A stretch of DNA of 64,000 nucleotides from contig OX597819.1 of assembly GCA_951406725.2 (NCBI GenBank), positions 3,596,001 to 3,660,000 of the forward strand, given 5' to 3'. Below the pieces are notes generated by a model that did not search any database, had not been told where the DNA came from, and saw only the letters and a list, made by a program, of their open reading frames with translations. Positions 55,607-64,000 of the stretch are shown here, one piece after another. The position numbers and the translations under genes were made by a program. Positions within the stretch are counted from its first letter, which is position 1. Every line of letters begins with the position of its first letter. This DNA is from Octopus vulgaris (taxonomy: Eukaryota).

Positions 55607-56469
55607 GTTTTAGAACTTGCTAACAATCCGAAATAATAGTCATTATAGGTGCTTTTAAAGATAATGCTTTCAAACCCTACACATACATTCAAATGTACGT
55701 ATATTGCTTGTGAACGTGCTTATAACAATAAAATGTAAACAGACACGAAGTAATCCAGAAATATGTAAATCTAAACCTTTTGTAGGGAAAATAACATCGC
55801 AATGCCTCAGTAAATCATTTCGGAGCTTTAGGATTGTTTTCCTCTTTGTTTCGTTTCCATCATTGAATATATTTTGTAAATTCACACCCGCAAATTAACC
55901 CTTATATTTGCCCAACATTTTGAATATTTTATTCATTATCCGACGTTTTCGTCTTCTTTAAGGCGTCGGGGTTAAAGAGTGTAACTAAAACACAAAACTA
56001 AGCAATAATCACCGATATAAACAGCTTTCAACACAAACAAACAAATAAACATTCCATTCAAGCAATTAATACTCTTTATATCAAAGTAAACGAATAAAAA
56101 AAATGTAACTGCTGCGTGTAACAGGGGGTAGCTGTACTGACCGCACCGCTCCAATCTAACCTAGTGTCAGCTATAATTAGATACTATTCAATCTCAGCAG
56201 CCCATATTTATAAAATGTACCGACTTCACTAGACAATATTTCCGGATGTTGGCGACAAAATCGTTTTTTCACTTCCTTTCTTGCTTCCCCTTCAGTCTTC
56301 GTTTCAGACTTACAACTGTTCTTTCAAATGCCAACCAACGATATTAGAAGTGGTATGATAGTCAAGAGAATTTATGAGGTGTGCGTACGTACGTGTATGC
56401 TTACATGACGTGTTTGTATGAAAGTGCCTGTGTGCGTGTGTCTCTATATTCTTATATAGTGGCAAAATA

Positions 56470-57060
<591 letters not shown>

Positions 57061-57366
57061 ACATACTATATAGGTATTAAGTATGTATGTATGTAGAATA
57101 TTTTATGTTTTATATACTTTTTACTTGTTTCGGCCGTAGGGCAGTAACCATGTTGAAGCACTGTCTTGAAGCATTTAGTAGATAAAATCCCCCCCCCCTA
57201 TTTTCTTCTTGTTTTTTTTTTTCTTTTGAAGTCCGGTACTTATTCTACCGCTCTCTTTTGCGGAACCATTAAGTTAGGTGGACGTAAACAAACCAACCCC
57301 GGCTGGTGGGTGGGTGAACAGATATAAATAAAAAAACACACACACGTACATGTCTACACACATACA

Positions 57367-57402
<36 letters not shown>

Positions 57403-57593
57403 TATATATAGCTACCCTTGCTGTAGAAATTTGTTGCTCTTAACTCACGTGGGTGGACGGGGAAGGATGCAGAGCCTCATTCGTACGTTTTGAATTCGTA
57501 GGTACTGGTGGTCGAAGGTGGTTCGTCTGGGATTACTCAAATCAGACGGGTATGTTCGATTTTTAGTGCTCTCAAATTTAAACTTAACGAAAT

Positions 57594-57677
57594 CTTGGGC
57601 TGATGACAGGAATGTTGATATAGGTATGTATTTCTAGCATCTCTATATCTAACTGACCCAGAAACGGCATTCTCAAG
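57594..57677 (+). ncRNA. Decayed type I hammerhead motif with long stem II
   Basis: cttggg-CTGATGA-(54 nt including the gttgatatag/ctatatctaac helix)-GAAAC-GGC-ATT-ctcaag. Confidence 0.55.
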
Positions 57678-57950
57678 TAATCGATGTACGTGTGATCTTT
57701 CGTTATTTTTCCCTCTATACCTACGTGAATTGTTTTCGAGTATACATTGTCTGGGAGACTCTTCTTATATTAGAGGAAATAGCTAAATTCTTTGGCTGCT
57801 ATTTCTAAAAGTTCGGTGTGTGGTAAAGTAAATTTTTTTGCTGAACCCTAATTATATAACGTAATGTTTCAAATATACCGTAAATGGTCTTTTTACATAC
57901 TGAACACTGCTTGGTAAAATTATTAATTACTGATTAATTAATTTTATCCT

Positions 57951-58068
<118 letters not shown>

Positions 58069-58443
58069 CGAACAATGATGATGATATATATACACGACAC
58101 ACTCTTTTTCGGTTTCTGTCCACCAAACTCACTTACAAGGCTTTGGTCAGCCCGGGGTTACAGTAGGTGACATTGCCCAAGGTGTCACACATCCATATAC
58201 TTATCCCTTCGCACTTACACACAAATATATATAACACAAGATTCAGTGAACTGATTGGCTATACAGGTGCGCCAACTTTATGAGTTTATTCCGTTATCTT
58301 TTATCTTTTGTCTGTTATATGTTTCGGCCATTAAACTGCGGCCATGCTGGAGCTTTATCTTGAAGAATTTTTATTTGCAACTTGATACTTATCCTATTAC
58401 CCTCTTTACCGAACCGCTTAGTCATCGGTTGTCACGCGGTGGT

Positions 58444-58546
<103 letters not shown>

Positions 58547-58547
58547 G

Positions 58548-58589
<42 letters not shown>

Positions 58590-58753
58590 TACGCACATTG
58601 CGGTTTTCTTTCAGTTTCCGTCTACCAAATCCACCCATGCGTGGATAATAACAATCGAAACTGATCGGTACATAGGTAATCATTTTATTTCGTATATAGA
58701 TTTGATGTCTATATCTAGCATGTTGACTGTCCACTTTTAGTGGTCAGTCCTTT

Positions 58754-58796
<43 letters not shown>

Positions 58797-58800
<4 letters not shown>

Positions 58801-59265
58801 TAAAGTCTATCTGCCAACACAATATGGCAATCTTACACAGGACGATGTTACTACTTTTTAGCCCCAAGAAAGCATCTTTTCCAGCTGGCTACTGACACAT
58901 GGTCTATGTCCATATACTATGAGCGAGGGAGTTTATTGCCCCCTTTCTAGCCTTAGCCATACCTGTAGACCAATGGTTTCTTGGTTATTTCCCTTCCTTG
59001 GTACAGACAAACGCCGGTCAGTGACCACTCAACCTTGTTCGCGGTGTATACTTTTAAAGTGGCACACCAGCGCTGATCTCCTAAAGAGAAAAGTAACTAA
59101 TTTTAGATCTCTGAGTTAGAAATATCTAGCAACAGTACCGTACATTAAAGTATTTTTGCCAACACAATGTGACAGTCCTATGCAGGACGATGTTGTTTCT
59201 TTCTAACGTCTTTTCCAGCCGACTACCGACACATGGTCTGTGTCCGTATACGCACGCACACACGC
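58797..59265 (-). mobile_element. Partial-tandem non-coding element with hammerhead relic (58963-59006)
   Basis: ~120-bp diverged direct repeat at 58797 and 59142. Minus strand ctgta-CCAAGGA...GAAAC-CATTG-GTC^tacag. Confidence 0.55.
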
Positions 59266-59829
59266 GTGCACACACGCGTGCACACACACATATGTAAAAT
59301 TATTTATGTATATATATATGTTTGGATTTATATATACATATAGCTGGGTACGTACACCTTTTGCTCAGCTTGTAAGTATATATCTAAATTCTGTAGGACT
59401 TTCTTGGTATTCTCTTTCTTTCCATTTTCCTTTTCTCGCTTCCCCTCTCTCGCATTTCTTGGCATTCTGTTTCTTTAATCTCTCTACTTTCCTCTGTTAT
59501 CTCCTTGGTACCCACCCTCTTTCTCTCTCTCCAGTTCCTTCCCTAATTCTTCAGTTCTTCTGCCTCCTTAACTCCCTCTCTCTCTTTCTCTGTTCCTCCC
59601 ACCTGACCGGTGCTTGGCCAAGAGTGATCTTTCTTTCTTGGCTTGACCGCCGCTTGCACAACACCTTGTTTTCCCGTCTCCTGACTTTCATCCATGTTTG
59701 TTGCCGCAAGGCTTCCACTTAATACACCAGCTTCACTTGTCCTTTTAGTCGAAAAACACCTGTTGTTATTCTTGTTGTTTGTATTTGTAATCGTGTAACA
59801 TTCGTAATAAGACTCAGGAGACATAAATA

Positions 59830-60861
<1,032 letters not shown>

Positions 60862-61174
60862 TTAATGCGGAATATTTATATGATCATATATATATATAAT
60901 TATTAATACCGAAAAAATATTCACAAAAAACACGGCTCATTCGATGCCTTTAATCTTCAGTAAGAACCGGATCATCCTCGCAATTTCGGCTGATTAATCT
61001 TGAGGTGTTTATAAGCTATTTAAGAAACACACAAAATCCATTAGATTCACTTCAACATTTAAATTTAATTTGCCAAAATATTTTCGTCGCTTTGAGACCG
61101 CGACCTGTTCACTGACAAAATTCCGTGCTGCATCTGAGAAAGTAACAGTTAGTTCATGATATATATGTACGTAC

Positions 61175-61176
<2 letters not shown>

Positions 61177-61205
<29 letters not shown>

Positions 61206-61510
61206 TGTATGTATGTATGTATGTATGTATGTATGTATGTATGTATGTATGTATGTATGTATGTATGTATGTATGTATGTATGTATGTATGTATGTATGT
61301 GTGTACATTATGTATGTATGTATGTATGTATGTATGTATGTATGTATGTATGTATGTATGTATTATGTATGTATGTATGTATGTATGTATGTATGTATGT
61401 ATGTATGTATGTATGTATGTATGTATTATGTATGTATGTATGTATGTATGTATGTATGTATGCATGTATGTATGTATGTGTGTGTATGTATGTATGTATG
61501 TATGTATGTG
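61177..61510. repeat. (TATG)n microsatellite
   Basis: Directly visible. Confidence 0.96.
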
Positions 61511-61654
61511 TGTGTACATGTATGTGCGTATGCATAGGTGTACATGCGTATGCATGTGTGCCTGCCTATACGCATGTATATATGTATGTATGTTTATATG
61601 TAAGTATGTACATATCTACTTATGTATGTACTTATGCAATTGTGCTTATGCAAT

Positions 61655-62410
61655 TTTCAATTGGTACCACTCGTACCTAGATTTCGAACATTAATGAATA
61701 AATAAGATGATTTGTTATCCGTGTTCTTCATCAGCAAGGGCGCTAATAATTAACGTATAATTATGGGAGTACATGTCTCATCTTTATACATTATAATTTT
61801 TTAATCCACCGCACAAGCGCAGTTATAGTCGGCTGCAAATAACAATTTTGAAACCTAGTTACGAGTGGTAACTACTGAAATTTTTTTTTATTCTTCATCT
61901 CCTTCGAAGTTACTCTTAACCGTGATTTTGACTTTGATAGTTCCCTTTAGCATGTAAGGTGTCCTGTTAGGGTGTATGAATCTAAACTAATTTTATATGA
62001 AAAATATGTTGTCTATTGACTATTTTATGCATGGTAGCCATGGTAGCCACTGGTAGAAAATTTCTTTAATTTCTCTACCCTATATATATTTTCTTAATAT
62101 GATTTTAGTAATTTTGAAGAAATTTTTATTTACTGCTGACTATTACAGCGCTTGCGCGGTGAATTTGAAAAAATTATAATGTATAAAGATGAGACATGTA
62201 CTCCCATAATTATACGTTAATTATTAGCGTCCTTGCTGATAAAGAACATGGATAACAAATTATCTTATTTGTTCATTAATGTTCGAAACCTAGGTACAAG
62301 TGGTAACTATTGAAAATGTTTTTTTTATTATTTTTCATCCCGTTCGAAATTAATCTTAACCATCGTTTGGACTTTGACTGTTCCTTTTAGCATGTAAGAT
62401 GCCCTGTTAA
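61655..62410. mobile_element. Hammerhead-bearing element with inverted and direct duplications
   Basis: Inverted repeat about 61655-61820 / 62147-62315; direct repeat 61850-61970 / 62285-62410; hammerheads at 61670-61738 (-) and 62232-62300 (+). Confidence 0.8.
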
Positions 62411-62470
62411 ACTTACCTCTTTTGTGTACGAATGTACAATAATTATATATATATATAAACATAGTAAATA

Positions 62471-62862
62471 GGCGCAGGAGTGGCTGTGTGGTAAGTAGCT
62501 TGCTAACCAACCACATGGTTCCGGGTTCAGTCCCACTGCGTGACATCTTGGGCAAGTGTCTTCTACTATAGCCTCGGGCCGACCAATGCCTTGTGAGTGG
62601 ATTTGGTAGACGGAAACTGAAAGAAGCCTGTCGTATATATGTATATGTATATATATGTATGTGTGTGTTTGTGTGTCTGTGTTTGTCCCCCTAGCATTGC
62701 TTGACAACCGATGCTGGTGTGTTTACGTCCCCGTCACTTAGCGGTTCGGCAAAAAGAGAATAAGTACTGGGCTTACAAAGAATAAGTCCCGGGGTCGATT
62801 TGCTCGACTAAAGGCGGTGCTCCAGCATGGCCGCAGTCAAATGACTGAAACAAGTAAAAGAG
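62471..62862 (+). mobile_element. Full-length SINE family B
   Basis: Head ggcgcaggagtggctgtgtggtaag...gggttcagtccc; tail ggcggtgctccagcatggccgcagtcaaatgactgaaacaagtaaaagag. Confidence 0.92.
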
Positions 62863-63209
62863 GGTAATAAAAAATAAATTATTATTACCAGTGACCCAGC
62901 ACAAAAGACGAGTTAGTCATTAGACTATATATTATTCATATATAAATACATTAAAAGGCTTCCAAATAAGGAAGCGCTGTGCTAGACACACAAAAAGGGG
63001 ATAAATTCATGAAAGGAATGAAAATCAAGAACGCTTACCATCTCAGTTAATCCTATACCGACGGTTTCATCTTTTTTAGCAAAAAAATCTGATTTAGCAA
63101 AAAAAAAAAATATATATATATATATATGTATATATATGTGTATGTGTGTGTGTGTATATATATATATATAGGCATATGTAAATACGGTGGGAGGGTGTCT
63201 TTGTGTTTG

Positions 63210-63372
63210 TACCCCACTCCCACGTCCCTGTAACATAGCCATTCGGCAATATATCTCAATACAATAAGCACCAGGCTTAAAATCATAAGTACTGGGGTCG
63301 ATTTGTTTGACAAAACCATTCAAGGTGTTGCTCCAGCATGACCGCTTCTCAATGACTGCAACAAGTAAAAGA
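63210..63372 (+). mobile_element. Degenerate SINE B 3' part
   Basis: ggggtcgatttg...gctccagcatgacc...acaagtaaaag. Confidence 0.7.
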
Positions 63373-63704
63373 TTAAATAATGCATGATAAAAATGTTAAC
63401 GATATTCAGATATAGTAGAAATGGAATGCGAAATATTCATCGAAATTTAGTAGATGGGTACATCGAGAATACTTGATTTATTATTGTGGTTATATTTATT
63501 ATGTATTTATATCAATATTTAAATTTACCAGTCTGATTATTTCTGCATTTATGAGAAGATTATTCATTGTTTTGTAACAAAAGTCTTTAGTAAAATGATC
63601 CAGTTTGATATTTGAATATTCAATATAAAACGTTAGTTTGGTGTTTGTGTGTGAATTTAAGCAATATTTAAGTTATATTGTCGATACAGAAAATCCATAA
63701 AGCC

Positions 63705-64000
63705 GGTGAACTAGCTGAAAAAAGTGCTTAGCGGCATTTCTTCCAATTTGAGTTTTGAATTCAAATGCCATCGGGGGCGAACTTGCTTTTCATCCTTCAG
63801 AGTGGATAAAATATTTACCAGTTGAACACTGGGGACGATGTGATCGACTTACCCACTCCAAGGAAACTGCTAGCCTTATGCTAAGATTTCAAACCAATAT
63901 ATAAAGTTCATAAGGCGCCGAGCTGGCAGAAACGTTAGCACGCCAGGCGAAATGTTTAACAGCATTTCGTCTGTCTTTACGTTCTGAGTTCAAATTCCGC
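63705..64000 (+). mobile_element. Two SINE A copies (second runs off the window)
   Basis: Family A heads at about 63705 and 63914. Confidence 0.8.

Noticed and set aside
55935-55974. Hammerhead-like ttaacc-CCGACGC...GAAAACGTC-ggataa (minus); similar weak cases at 12925-12960 and 41305-41350
   Set aside because: Too many core and stem mismatches to support individually.

Overview
AT-rich, microsatellite-saturated eukaryotic genomic DNA. The SINE families and simple-repeat load resemble an octopus (coleoid cephalopod) genome; this is an inference from repeat content. No host protein-coding exon could be supported, and most listed ORFs are translations of (TA)n/(CA)n/(TACA)n repeats. Real coding sequence is all transposon-derived: a near-full-length R4/Dong-type RLE LINE in (TAA)n (5021-8690), a 5'-truncated inverted sister copy inside a nest of older R4-like relics (26.2-29.4 kb), and relics of Penelope (GIY-YIG), CR1, CRE, Tx1/L1, mariner/Tc1, Tigger, hAT and Helitron elements. 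Four tRNA-derived SINE families (called A-D here) are abundant. The main hidden signal is about ten type I hammerhead-ribozyme motifs from several unrelated small non-coding elements embedded in (TA)n tracts. Most have a palindromic stem III and an unusually long (40-85 nt) structured stem II, and they sit in partial-tandem and/or inverted duplications typical of Penelope-like/retrozyme mobilisation. A second notable pattern is a SINE with a Tx1-like tail that recurs at one fixed position inside older copies of its own family.
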